Part shown: one piece after another, positions 1-11,067 of the stretch | Position numbering within the stretch: position 1 is the first letter of the stretch | Layout: each line of letters opens with the position of its first letter | Source of the DNA: Chromera velia | Lineage: Eukaryota | Reading direction: 5' to 3' | Assembly: GCA_018398765.1 (NCBI GenBank) | Contig: JAHBMJ010000135.1 | Coordinates: 114,516 to 134,515, forward strand | DNA: 20,000 bases | Notes under the pieces: model-generated | Seen by the model: the letters and a program-made list of their open reading frames with translations, nothing else | The model's database searches: none | What the model was told of the DNA's origin: nothing | Made by a program: the position numbers and the translations under genes

Positions 1-260
1 CACAAAAGAGGAGCTTGTGTGTCTGTCGGACAGGACTGTCATCGCACAAAGCCACAACAGCCTACCACACCAGGCGAGTGTACGCACAAAACGCTTGCTC
101 TGCATGATTCTTTCAGGTCACTTCTGTAAATTGAGTCCTTTTGATAATGAACATAACTGTGCGCACTATGACCTCTCCTGTGTGTGCCTGATCTTCTATC
201 TGATCAGTGGCTAGGATCATGGGGATGGATGGATTCTGCTTTCCAGTCCGACTGACTGAC

Positions 261-377
261 TTGCGAGCACGAGCGTCTTTAGACCAGAGACCGGTACAGG
301 GCCCTTCACTTCTCTTCTCAAACGCTCCAAGAAGGAGACCAGGGACGATAGCAAAGGTCCACTCGAAATCCACGATC
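261..377 (-). CDS. Putative internal exon (117 nt, phase 1-1) of a spliced minus-strand gene, possibly leucine-rich-repeat-like; may be a pseudogene
   Basis: Pyrimidine-rich tract and CAG acceptor at 380-378, GT donor at 260-259, length a multiple of 3. Encodes (G)SWISSGPLLSSLVSFLERLRREVKGPVPVSGLKTLVLA and splices in frame to the 945-1028 exon. The LRR call rests only on Leu periodicity (LKTLVL). Confidence 0.45.
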
Positions 378-848
378 CTGCACAGAGCAGAACCAAACAG
401 AGGGATTGGAACGAAGGGAGACTAACATCGTGAAAGTGTTTGTCGTCCACAATAAATAGAGAACATGAAGACGTGCAGAAACTCTCAAATGTTCCTTTGT
501 CTGCTTCCGTTTCTCTCTGTCTTCGTATTCTGCTTTGACTTCCTTTTCTTCTCAAATCTTCCTCATTTCCTCGCCTCCTTCCCCTCGCATTGTTCTTTCC
601 TGTACCCCCCGCCTCCCCCCCCCCCTTTGCGTTCTTCCTCTCTGAACCCGTCGAATGCAGACGCAGCCTCACAACTCATTTCAAAGACACACGGACGAAA
701 GATGGCAATGGCCGGAGGAAATCCGGTCAGAAAACAGATAGAGAGGCAGAGCTCGATTCAACCAAGGCAGGAACTTCAAAGCGATGAGCACCAAGCAATA
801 CTGAACAGGGAGCTTCAGTCATGCTGCCCATTGACCAACTAATCTGAG

Positions 849-940
849 CCTCCCTCCCTCCCTCCCTCCCTTTCTCCCTCCCTTTCTCCCTCCCTTTCTC
901 CCTCTCTCTCCCTCCCTCCCTCCCCCCCTCCCCCCCTCTC
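849..940. repeat. (CCCT)n/(CT) polypyrimidine low-complexity tract, intronic
   Basis: Run of cctccctccctccc...ttctccctccc seen directly. Confidence 0.9.
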
Positions 941-944
941 TGAC

Positions 945-1028
945 CGCATTGGAGAGTTTCGACGAGGCCGGGTCCCAAGGGGAGGGCAGAAAGCAGAACA
1001 AGAAGCTTGCCGGCACCCAGAGAGAAGT
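945..1028 (-). CDS. Putative internal exon (84 nt = 28 codons, phase 1-1) of the same spliced gene
   Basis: Strong polypyrimidine tract (ccgtctccctcccctgcag) acceptor at 1031-1029 and GTCAGA donor at 944. Encodes FSLGAGKLLVLLSALPLGPGLVETLQC. Joining to 377 gives TGC G|GA TCG (C-G-S) in frame. Confidence 0.5.
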
Positions 1029-1242
1029 CTGCAGGGGAGGGAGACGGTGGGAGACAGGAAAGGAAAGAAGGGAATCGCATGCAGGAGAACTAATGATGTA
1101 TTTCGACAGCTAGGGAAACAAAAACGAAGAAACACCTCACGTCGAAGAGAAACAGCCTCTCCAAGACAACAAACAGATTCAGGAGAGTGTTTTGGATCCA
1201 AACAAGCGTTTTCAATCTGCTACATCTCGTATGAGATCCCTC

Positions 1243-1301
<59 letters not shown>

Positions 1302-1304
1302 GCG
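1243..1304. repeat. Compound microsatellite (CT)n(CA)n(CG)n
   Basis: ctctct... then cacaca... then cgcgcg..., contiguous. Confidence 0.95.
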
Positions 1305-1879
1305 AGCCCGTACAGACATGCACTTGCATGTGACTCTATGAGCATTGTCCCAAATTTTTTCCTTAAATCTTTGAATCTAGATGACTTTGGACGACTCCTG
1401 CTGTCTGAAGAAAAGTCCTTGCCTTGCATCTAAATTTCACTCCATTCGTCCACCGACTCATGCAGCTTCTTGTCACCCCACCCATCCCAGACACGATCCG
1501 ATTCCTTGCAGCACCCGGTTATGGCCATCATTTTCTTCCAACAGAATTTGGCTGCAGGCCGGACTGACTAGCTGCATGCCGTCGTATTTGCTCTTCCATC
1601 TGCTATCCAAAAACATGTCTTCACATTTTGTTGCTCTATCTGACGGCTGATTCAATCGACTCCTGTTGTATCGAGAAGAAACAAAGGTGCGAATGCATTC
1701 GTGAGAGGCAAGAGGCCCACCGGAGAGGTCAGCCATGGGGAAGGACACGGTGGTCCGCCCCTGCAGACACATGTGACATTGCGCACACGAACACGAACAT
1801 ACGCACTCAGAGAGACGGAGGAGAGGGGGGGAGAAGGATATAAATAGCACATGAAAAGAAAGTCCCTACAGACATGCAC

Positions 1880-1927
1880 TCACAGACACAGCCACAGACA
1901 CAGGCACAGACACAGCCACAGACACAG

Positions 1928-1961
<34 letters not shown>

Positions 1962-1964
1962 GGG
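1880..1964. repeat. CA-rich hexamer-like repeat followed by (CA)n(GA)n, abutting the assembly gap
   Basis: cacagacacagccacagacacaggcacag...cacacacagagagagag seen directly. Confidence 0.9.
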
Positions 1965-2207
1965 NNNNNNNNNNNNNNNNNNNNNNNNNNNNNNNNNNNN
2001 NNNNNNNNNNNNNNNNNNNNNNNNNNNNNNNNNNNNNNNNNNNNNNNNNNNNNNNNNNNNNNNNNNNNNNNNNNNNNNNNNNNNNNNNNNNNNNNNNNNN
2101 NNNNNNNNNNNNNNNNNNNNNNNNNNNNNNNNNNNNNNNNNNNNNNNNNNNNNNNNNNNNNNNNNNNNNNNNNNNNNNNNNNNNNNNNNNNNNNNNNNNN
2201 NNNNNNN
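1965..2207. other. Assembly gap (243 N)
   Basis: Run of n characters. Confidence 1.
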
Positions 2208-3981
2208 GGGGGTCTCATCTGGTGCTTGAAACATTCCAGATGCATTCCCCATCTACTCATGGACGATTCATGCTGCTTTTTTCCTGGTAGGCGAACCTTT
2301 TTGATGAGCAGCACAAGAAGATAAAACAGCCCAAAGCTGTCACGTCGACAAGCCCGATCAGAAATTTCCTGCATGCATGCATGCATAGACGTTGGCTGCA
2401 TGTCGGTGAAATCCAGCGGCATAGACGGGACTTAAAGTACAGCTGCCCGTCGAGTCTGTCTAAAAGGCGTCCTACGGGTGGACGGATAGAGACTGAATTG
2501 ACCCGGCCGGATGGATCGGGACATGCAGCGGACGTACCTCGGGGAGTGGGTTGGCGTGCCGGAACAGTGCGGAGAGCGCTGCCGTCTCTCTAGGCACCTT
2601 TTCGTCCTCTTCTTTCATCTTTTTCCTGCCCAACCTGGTTCTCTCGAGCTCGTCGCTCTCTTTAAGCTGAATCTCTACCAGGATGCGCCAGAAAAGAAGC
2701 TAAACGCCGAGTTCAGATCTTGAGTGTCTGACCTTTTCAACCTTTTACAAATCAGAAGGCGTAACAAGCTGAGTCCCGGACAACCAGCAACCGATGGAGG
2801 CAGTTTTTCAAGCACGCGTGAGTCTCGTGCCGGTTTTCAAGGACATTTCAAGTTTGAAGAACGGTGGCCAGGTTTACAATCCCTAGCTGTTTTTTGAACC
2901 GGGCGACTCGATCTGACAGATCGCGAGTGCATGCATGCTTGCGCACCATGCATGCGTTCATTCAATTAATTCCTTTAGTGTCTCTCTGGTCCTGTGTCGG
3001 GCCAGTATGCATCTTGCCTAGGCATAGATCTTGTCCGTCTGTTACGCGGTCATTCTGCTGCCAGCGCAATGATGGCCTTGCCCCCCCCCTGGACTAAGCC
3101 ATCGATCCTAGTTTATGCCTTTCATAGCAAACAAAAATTAATACGTTTCATTCTCCGTGTGTTCGCGTGGTCAACGCTATCTATCTGTAGATAGGCGTAG
3201 TGGTCTTCTTTCCCCTTCCCGGCTTCTTCTTCAGTGATGCCCGTATCCAAATAAAAAATTTATTTCTCCTCAACACTGATAAAACCCTCAATCATCACGT
3301 TTCTCCTCAACATTCCTTTGTTAAGCTTTTTTCTTCAGATCAATTCTCTCTCTCTCACATGTTTGACGGCTTTCGACTTCTTATTTATGTTTCTTCAATT
3401 TGATATCATAAAGCTCTTCTTCTCTTTTTTATCTTTTACACGCCTCACCCATAAAAATAGTCGTTTTCTTTTCTTCATTTCCCCTGCCAGCGCCCTGCTG
3501 GCTCTCCCCCTTCCTTTACTCTTTCTTCTCTGCAAGGCCCACATAAGCGGAAAACTCCTTCCCAAGCAGCATCTCGGTGACCTGTGTACCGCGTGCACCG
3601 CAACTTACCTAAACAGATACCAAGATTGTTGATACTGCTGCTTTCTAAACTGCTACTGACAACGTTTTCCACCATCTGTCTGCAATTTTCTGACGTGCAG
3701 ACGTATCGTTCATCTCCCCTAACCTTTCTGTTGCCTGTCTCACCATCACCCACCACTCAACCCCCCCTCTCCACCCTATCTCCCAATTAAGACTCCACGC
3801 ATGATTTCGGCGTCTGAATTTTTTTTTTTTGCGTGTCCCCTCTGCAGTCTGATTTCAATCATCGAAAACCTTATATTCTACAATGATGCAGTGCAGTATA
3901 TATGCAGAGATGAACACCGAATAAGGAAAAACAGTGGAGCAGAAACTTCATTCACGTCTTTGTCGACCAATTGCTAGAGAG

Positions 3982-5115
3982 ATGCTGGTTGTCAGATTGA
4001 TCGGGCTCGCGTTAGCGGCGTTGGGAGCTAGGTTGGGAGCCTCGATTTCCGGTCGCTCTCTTTCGTCGCCGTCTCCGTCTCCGTCTCTGAGGCCTTTGTT
4101 TTTCCTGCGGCAGATCCGAACGGGCCGAGACTCAGTGCACGCTCAGAATCTCAGTCCGACAAAAATCTCGGAAAGGCCCAAGAGTGGCCTTTCGTGGCTT
4201 GCCTATGCACCGCTGGATGCGTTGAATGCTTCTCGTTTCAGCCGTCTACGTTCGGCGTTTGCCAGTCCACGCTTCGAAATCTGGAGACCAGCGAAGGGTC
4301 TCTTGCCGGGCTCCTCTCGTTGGCGTGTCACTCACCACCTGGAGACGTCATTGATGTCACAGGGAGAAGGACAGGGAGAGACGGGCACGGACTCCGAGGC
4401 ACAGGGTCCGGTTGGTCTCGGGTCGCAGGTAGATCCAGTGAACTCTGAGGAGCTCTTCAAAGCCGCAGAGCGGGGAGACAGAAAAAGAGTGGCAGAGCTG
4501 GTCGCACTGGGGGCGGACGACAACCGTTGGGGATCGAACAAGACTGCCCGTTGGGGGTCGAACGAGACTGCCCTTCACAAAGCGATCATCTTCAATGACG
4601 TCGGGGCTGTTCGACTCCTCGTGGAAGCTGGAGTGGATGTGAACGCGCGTACTGAACGGGGCCACTGCCCGCTGCATTATGCGGCGTCATTGTACATGGA
4701 GAACTGCACGGAGACGATCCATATTCTCCTCGATGCAGGCGCAAACGTGAATGTGAAGACCGACGAACCTGAGGGGGCGCATCTTGACACACCGCTCCAC
4801 TTTGCTGCGGCGTTTGGGATCACGGAAGTCGTCGAGTTACTTGTAGCTGCGGGTGCCCAAGTAAGCGCACAGAATTCAGACGGCATTACCCCTCTGCATC
4901 GAACAGCCTTTCCATGGGGGGAAGCGGAAAGCAGAAGGCATGCGGCAAAAGTAATCCTGGACGCAGGCGCCGACATCAACGTCCTCGGGGGTCGATTGGG
5001 CGGTAAAACACCGCTGGGATGGGCCGTTCGGTGGTCCAACGGAGCAGTCGAGGAGCTTTTACGGGAGCGTGGGGCTTGGGCTCTACATTCGTGGCAGTTA
5101 GAAAGGGGCGAATAG
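3982..5115 (+). CDS. Ankyrin-repeat protein (about 377 aa, about 6 ANK repeats) with a hydrophobic N-terminus and Ser/Arg-rich leader
   Basis: Open frame 3934-5115 with first ATG at 3982. ANK motifs: ELFKAAERGD..VAELVALGAD, ETALHKA..VRLLVEAGVDVNAR, HCPLHYAA..ILLDAGANVNVK, DTPLHFAAAFG..VELLVAAGAQV, ITPLHRTA..ILDAGADINV, KTPLGWAV..ELLRERGA. Confidence 0.9.
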   Translation: MLVVRLIGLALAALGARLGASISGRSLSSPSPSPSLRPLFFLRQIRTGRDSVHAQNLSPTKISERPKSGLSWLAYAPLDALNASRFSRLRSAFASPRFEIWRPAKGLLPGSSRWRVTHHLETSLMSQGEGQGETGTDSEAQGPVGLGSQVDPVNSEELFKAAERGDRKRVAELVALGADDNRWGSNKTARWGSNETALHKAIIFNDVGAVRLLVEAGVDVNARTERGHCPLHYAASLYMENCTETIHILLDAGANVNVKTDEPEGAHLDTPLHFAAAFGITEVVELLVAAGAQVSAQNSDGITPLHRTAFPWGEAESRRHAAKVILDAGADINVLGGRLGGKTPLGWAVRWSNGAVEELLRERGAWALHSWQLERGE

Positions 5116-5253
5116 AAAAGGTCCACTAGGAGTCTAGGATTCACCAGGACCGTGACCAGGTCTGTGCTAGTAGCACCAAGTATAATACTATCATCATCAC
5201 CATCATCATCATTATTATTATTATTATTAATCGGTCTATAGGCCATCATGCAG

Positions 5254-5300
5254 TGCATGAGTCTAGGACAATGCTTTATTGCCCCTTTGCCAGACCTGCA
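5254..5300 (-). promoter_or_regulatory. 3'-terminal RNA stem-loop of the LINE (candidate RT recognition signal)
   Basis: Sense RNA GGGGCAAU-AAAGC-AUUGUCCU forms an 8-bp stem with a 5-nt loop, enclosed by GUCUG/UAGAC and UGCA/UGCA pairings. Present at all four complete 3' ends. Confidence 0.6.
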
Positions 5301-5557
5301 TTATACAACGGGAAGGGGCTTCACTCTCGTAACTCTAAACACCCTGCATCTAGAAGATGCTTTCTAAATCGCTGATGTCGTTTCCCTTCTGTGAGAGGAG
5401 TGCGACAACTGCAACAGAGACTCTCAGGCAGTAGAGGCAGACAGGAAGACCGGTGGAGAGGGGGGACGGGAGATGTACGTGGGAGGTGGAAAAAGAATAT
5501 TCAAAGGTGAGACGGGAAGAGAGGTAAGTAACCATCACATGCATCGAATCGCAGGCC

Positions 5558-8500
5558 TTACGATGGAGGGCGCAGACAGATGTTTTGCAAGAGTCGCAGG
5601 GCCAGTATAGGTGAGTGTCTGAGTGCCAGGGTGACCTTCATTTGTGCCAACAATTCGCTTTGCGTGGCGTGTTTTAGAGGGGTGGAGTCTTTCGCTAGCA
5701 ACCACTTTCTCTCTCTTTCTTAGGCTCTGTCTAATTTGGCTTCAATTTCGGTTACAATTGCATTCAGAACCTCTCGATCTGCTCTTGTTTCTGTGCATTC
5801 AGTCAGTCGGTGCAGTAGATCGTCTGCTTTACCCCTACATATATGTGCAATACAGCAAGGCTGAAAAAGGGCCTGAGGACCAGATCGCAGCGCGAGGGAG
5901 GGAAACGAAACGGGGGGACCAAGGGGATGAGGGAAAAGTAGAGGAAAGGAAGAGGAGAGACGAACGTTGGGCAGTAGGATAAGACGTTTGGAACACATTC
6001 GGTCTGACGCCTCTGCCAAACTGCAAAACCGCCCCCCGTGAAGCGGCCCTTTCTAGACAACCATCAATCCATTCATCAACTTCCCGGTTGATCACTGCTC
6101 TTAAGAGAAGGAGACGGCCAACCTTGGTGGCTTTCTTTCTTCTTCTGATGGTTGGATTGACAGTCACAAATTCTTCCAATCCGGTCGACCCAATCAATTT
6201 TTGTGCGTGCATCATAGAGGAAGGACAATCACCATTCATTAAAGCCGACCAGGCACCCGCGGGCATCTTGAGGTCAATATGTTTTAAGTTAGTCAAATAC
6301 CCAGCAAGTCTCACCGACACATGCACACGTGCAGAAAGTAGACCGACAGCACACAGGGTAGGTACACGGAAAGAAGAGAGAGACAGATTCAAAGCCCAAC
6401 GGACAAAGCGCAATTGAAGGACATCTAATGCATCCATGTCTGACTTGCGGACAGGCAGACAGTCAAACGCATATAGAGCAACAGGCAACCAGAAAGCGCA
6501 TAAACACAAAATTTTTGCTGCGAGGGGCAGGCGACCTAAAGAGAGTGCTACGCTCTTTGCATAGCCCATCCGTCTACTCGCTATGCTAAGCCTTTCTTCT
6601 ATTACCTCCCTTAAGTCTCCCCCTTCGAACAAAAGAACACCCAGATACTTATACGACCCCACTCTCTCGACTTCTTTTCCCCCAAACATAAGCCTCCCTT
6701 CAATTGCAGGGTAAGAGTCGGACAGACGTATGATTTTCGTCTTTTTTAAATTAACAGTGAGCCCCCTCTCTTTACAGAAAGAATTCAATTCATTCAAGCT
6801 GACCTACAGGTCATACACGCTCTCAGCAACGAGGACAAGGTCATCGGCATAACCAAGGCTATCGCACTCAACCCCACCGAGCAGAACCTCTGCATGACTG
6901 GAAGCCTTCACTCTTTCATGCAGATCATTGATGAAAATCAAGAAGAGAAGAGGGGAGAGAGGATCCCCTTGTTTCACCCCTTTCTCTTTCTTGAAAATAA
7001 AAGGGCTGCCAGTGATGCTTCCATACATATTTATATATATTGCCTGAATCATTTTAACATCGACTGCACTCACCCCTTGCTTCAGCAAAACTTTAAACAA
7101 AACATCCCTGGGCAGGGAGTCAAAGGCTTTGCTGAAGTCTACAAAGCATGCTAACCAGGGCTTCTTTCGTTTCTTTGCCTTTTGCAGCAGCGCAGTAAGT
7201 GCTCCAATGGCTTCCCTTGTTCCTACCCCTTGCTGAAAACCCAACTGCCTATAGTCAATCTTCACTTACGATGTAAGACGGGCAGAGAGGAGTGAAGAAA
7301 AGAGTTTTGGTAAGAGTGAGACAACATGAATCGGACGCCATTCACCAGGGTCGGGGGAAGGAGGCCCCTTTGGAACCGGACAGATTTTAATTACATTCCA
7401 TTCATCTCACCAAGCGGATGTCAAGTGAATTAAGTTCAAATGGATAAATAACAAAGTACGAGAAAGAGGCGAATATTGAAAGCATAGGGAGAGGTGGTTG
7501 GGGGCGAGTCCGGACAACCCTGCAGCCTTTTCTTCCTTTGTGGACCGGAGGACTTTCTTTATTTCTTCTATATAAAAATAAAGGCGAGACGGAGGGATTG
7601 GTGGGGGCAAAAGGGGAGAGTGAATGCCAGAGGGAACCTGATGAGAGTGGGTATGCAGTTATGAAAAAACGCCAGAGTGCAAAGAAGAGTTAAAAACAGG
7701 TGGGGCTGGCTGCGAAAGAGGGAAAGGGGGAGTACTTTCTTGTGCAGATTCCCTGCCAGAGGGAGAGTCAGCGAAGATGGAAGCCCAGTGATAGGCAAAG
7801 TCCTTTACTGAAGGCTGGGAACCAGGAGGGGCTTTCTCTCTATTGCTTCTTTGCAGCTTTCTTCTCAATGACCAGACCTTTGAAGGGTTAGAGGACAACT
7901 CGAGTGTAACCTTTTCTACACAGAGCTTTTCGTATGCCTTTCTTTTCCTGTTGTGCAATCGCTGACATCTGCGGGCCTGCCTCTCAACTGTCTGTCTTAA
8001 GGCAATCACGTTCGTTCTGCTGCTCCCACTTCTCCTCTCATTCTCACATGATTCCACAAGTTTGTTCAACGCCTTCCTTGCTTCCCTCCAAAGTGTCGCT
8101 GCTTCCTTGCATTCATTATCAAACCATTCGGCCTTTTTCTTTTGTCTCACTTTTTTCCTGCCTTGTTGACCATCCAAATCCTTCCGCTTGATTTCTTTTG
8201 TTGGGCCGGCCAACGTGGTTTCCCATTCTTTCAGCAGTAACTTTTCCCGTTCATAGAAAGACAAAGGCACCGGTTGCTCACATAAGTTGGGAGCAGACAG
8301 CGGGGGGGGGGGAGCGGATGGAAAAGAAGAGAGATCATGAAATGTTTTCAGCTTCGCAAGCCATTTTCACAAGTCCAAGCCATAGCTGTTCAGCCAATTG
8401 ACCAGCTGCTACAGCCGAGGGGAGAAGCTCCTCATATGAGACAGGAGTGGATCTGATGGAGCGATGAAGGGGAGGGATAGGTAAAAGGGAGTTTCTTTGC

Positions 8501-11067
8501 TGTCTGGCTGTTGAGGGGGAATGAAAGGGGCAGCAACAAGGGACAGAGAAAGTGACACAGCTGCATAGTCGAGCCTAGACAGTTCTGCTGGCTGTTTCAC
8601 ATCAAGGTGAGTACAAGCACGGAGGAGGGGGGGATTAACGAGAAAAAAGTCAATCAGAGTGTGACCTCTACCTTTCCAGAGGAAGGTGCAATCACGTGAG
8701 AAAGAACGTGCTTCCCCACTCCAAAGGGGGGCAGAACCATCAATGCAGAGACCATTTAAAGGGAGAAGATTCGTTAGTTCACAGAGTTTTAAAAGAGAAC
8801 GGCCCTGCTGATCAACTTTTCGGTTGCAAGACGAAGCACGGATTACTCCCGATACATTCTCTTCCTGAATGATTCCGTTCTTATCTTGTACCCCCCTATC
8901 CCAAGTGATTCCTTTTAGCAGCTCATCAGAGATGTGAGCGTTGAAATCACCAGTCACAATTCTCCTTTCCCCTAGAGGAACTTCCGACAATGCATCTGTC
9001 AGGCGCTCCCAGTGGCTCAGATCCCCGCCTGCCTCCCCTCTCCCAGTAGACCATCCGTGTAGCACATATACTCCAAACACATGCAGAATAGAGGACTTGC
9101 TGTGTGCATCGAATCCACCAATATGCAATGACGCACGCAGCATGGATGGGCCGACCAGTTTGATCTCAGGCCTTAGTCGGCCTCTCAATGACTTTCGAAT
9201 TAGGACAGCGACCCCCCCGGTATCCTTGTCCTGTTCTAACGCTTCCTTCCTGCCTCTACCACTTCCTCCTCCCCCAAGGTGCTGTCTAACCCATTCTCGA
9301 TGGGAGAAATTCTTGCCTGAGTGAAGAGGGTATTCAAGAGGGCGCGTGGGGGACCGTGTTTCTGTCAAAATTACCACATCAAACTCCTCAAGCCAGGCAA
9401 ACAGACTGCCATCACTCTCTATGCTGTCTAAGAGACCTTTTACGTTGAGCGTGGCGATTCTGAGCCCCACTATTGATCTTACAGAAATCAATTCTTTCAA
9501 CGCAACACCCCCACTAGCTAGGCAAGCTGAAGCAAAAGCAGAAGCAGATACACGTGCCGATGAAGAAGAAGAAGAAGAAAAAGAAAAAGAAGACGAGGAT
9601 GAAGAAAGACCTTGTCCTTTTCCCTTCTTTCTCTGCCCTTTTTTCGTCACCTTCCCCCGTTTAGTCTTTCCATTGTTTCCCTTACGGCTCGTGCTCTTTA
9701 TCAGGGACTCAAGGGGCCGCCANAAGGGGCCGCCAGCCATATGGGTTTCGACATTTGTTTCCTTTCGGGCACCCCACACAGGGAGTACCATTCTTTGCAC
9801 ACTTGCAGCCAGCATAAGTATTGGAGCCATGACACCGGCATGCACATCTGGTAGACGGTTGGACGGAGGAGATGGGGGAAGCAGTCTGGGGAGACAGAGC
9901 CAAAGGGTCACGGTTTTTACATCTGTCTTTGCCCACATAGCAGTTAGTACAGTGGGTTCCATTTAAGGTACACTTACAGTTTTTTCCACAAACCCCCCCC
10001 CCCGATGGTCTGCACTCGCAACATCGTACTTCCTTACAGTTCGGGCATAGGGCGCCCAGCGGGCAGTGGGTACAGCGTTTTCCCGCTGCCGCACATGGAC
10101 ACTCACACTTTCTCTTCCCCCTCTGTCTCTCTGGGCATTGCAGGCAGTTGCAACACGCTTTATCGGCTTGACAGGGCTCTTTTTCCTCTTTACGTTTCAA
10201 TGCTTTGGGGCGTGATAAGGAGGAGGAGGAGGAAGAGGAAGAAGAAGAAGAAGAAGAAGAAGAAGAAGAAGAAAAAGAAGGAGAAGAAGCAGAAAAAGAG
10301 GAAGAAAAAGAAGAAGAAGAAGAAGAAGAAGAGGAAGACGAAGAGGAGGAGGAAGGAGAAGAAGAAGAAGAAGAGGGAGAAGAAGAAGAGGAAGAAGAAG
10401 AAGAGGAAGAAAAAGAAAGAGAAGGGTCCACCCAGTGACCTAGTCTCCCCCCTCCCCCCCTTCCCTGTCCGTTCCCACCCACGTTTCTTCCCACACTAGG
10501 TCCGGAGGAAAAGGAAGAAAAGAAAAGAGCAGGAGAAGAAGAAGAAGATAAAGAAGAAGAAGAAGAAGAAGAAGAAGGAGAAGAAGAAGAAGAAGAAGAA
10601 GAAAAGGAAGAAGAAGAAGAAGAAGAAGAAGAAGAAGAAGAAAAAGAAGAAGAAAGGGAAGGCAAAGCGTTTTTCTCGCTCCTTTGCTTTCTTTGCTCTT
10701 CATTCTGAAGGGTCAGTGCTTTGGGGCGTGATTCGGAGGAGGAGGAGGAAGAGGAAGAAGAAGAAGAAGAAAAGGCAGAAAGAGAAGAAGAGGAAAAAGA
10801 GCCACTGGAAGAGCCACCTCCCTTACTCCCTTGCTCCATGTGTCTGTCGTTCGTTCCGCTTTCACCCTTCTCTTTCATGGCATTTCTATTGGACTCCCCA
10901 GGAGAAGAAGGCTTAGTGAAAGACGAAAGAAAAGGGGAGGAAGGAAACAAGGAAAAAGAAGAAGCAGAAGAAGAAGGAGAAATAGAAAGGCAGCCACCTT
11001 CTTCAGTCCCCTGCTTCCCATGTCCATCGTTCGTTCCGTTCACACCCTTGGCGATTCCATCGTTCAC
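5558..11067 (-). pseudogene. Disrupted polyprotein of copy A: poly-Ser - 3x CXC-like - APE - RT - CCHC
   Basis: ORF pieces 9709-11067, 8409-9962, 7659-8270, 7407-7610, 6804-7265 and 5835-6797 line up with copy C. Lesions relative to C: 1-nt deletion near 8494, stops at 7659, 7407, 7266, 6804 and 5720, a deletion of about 55 nt near 5840 removing the CxxC of the zinc knuckle, and catalytic APE DH changed to DY. Confidence 0.9.
10218..10800. repeat. (GAA)n/(GGA)n polypurine tracts encoding poly-Ser on the element strand
   Basis: Long gaagaagaa runs at about 10218-10422, 10530-10655 and 10736-10800. Confidence 0.95.

Noticed and set aside
1267..1304. (CA)n(CG)n as a functional Z-DNA element
   Set aside because: Z-forming potential is plausible, but such microsatellites are common in this sequence and nothing indicates function.
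2208..3930. Short ORFs upstream of the ankyrin gene
   Set aside because: No recognisable domains or consistent splice pattern; composition fits intergenic, promoter or intron DNA.
5130..5176. gagtctagga match to the LINE terminus and a gtgcta-g-tagcac palindrome in the left flank
   Set aside because: A 10-nt match and a 6-bp inverted repeat are too short to distinguish from chance; no target-site duplication partner is visible in the window.
4677..5258. 193-aa minus-strand ORF starting in the LINE terminus
   Set aside because: Chimeric read-through of the tail into the antisense strand of the ankyrin gene.
5350..5544. 64-aa ORF in the LINE 3' UTR (also at 15303-15497)
   Set aside because: Repeated only because the copies are near-identical. 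The homologous region of X does not preserve the peptide, and no domain is recognisable.
6088..6417. Recurrent plus-strand ORF MITALKRRRRPT... (also at 13725 and 16094)
   Set aside because: Antisense shadow of the RT C-terminal region, with a non-ATG start.
9711..9735. Frameshift between the CXC region and APE in copy A, suggesting ORF1/ORF2 or programmed frameshifting
   Set aside because: It is a 12-nt duplication (aaggggccgcca) around a single N, typical of a contig join. Copy C reads through in one frame. It also means the two halves of copy A may not come from the same physical copy.
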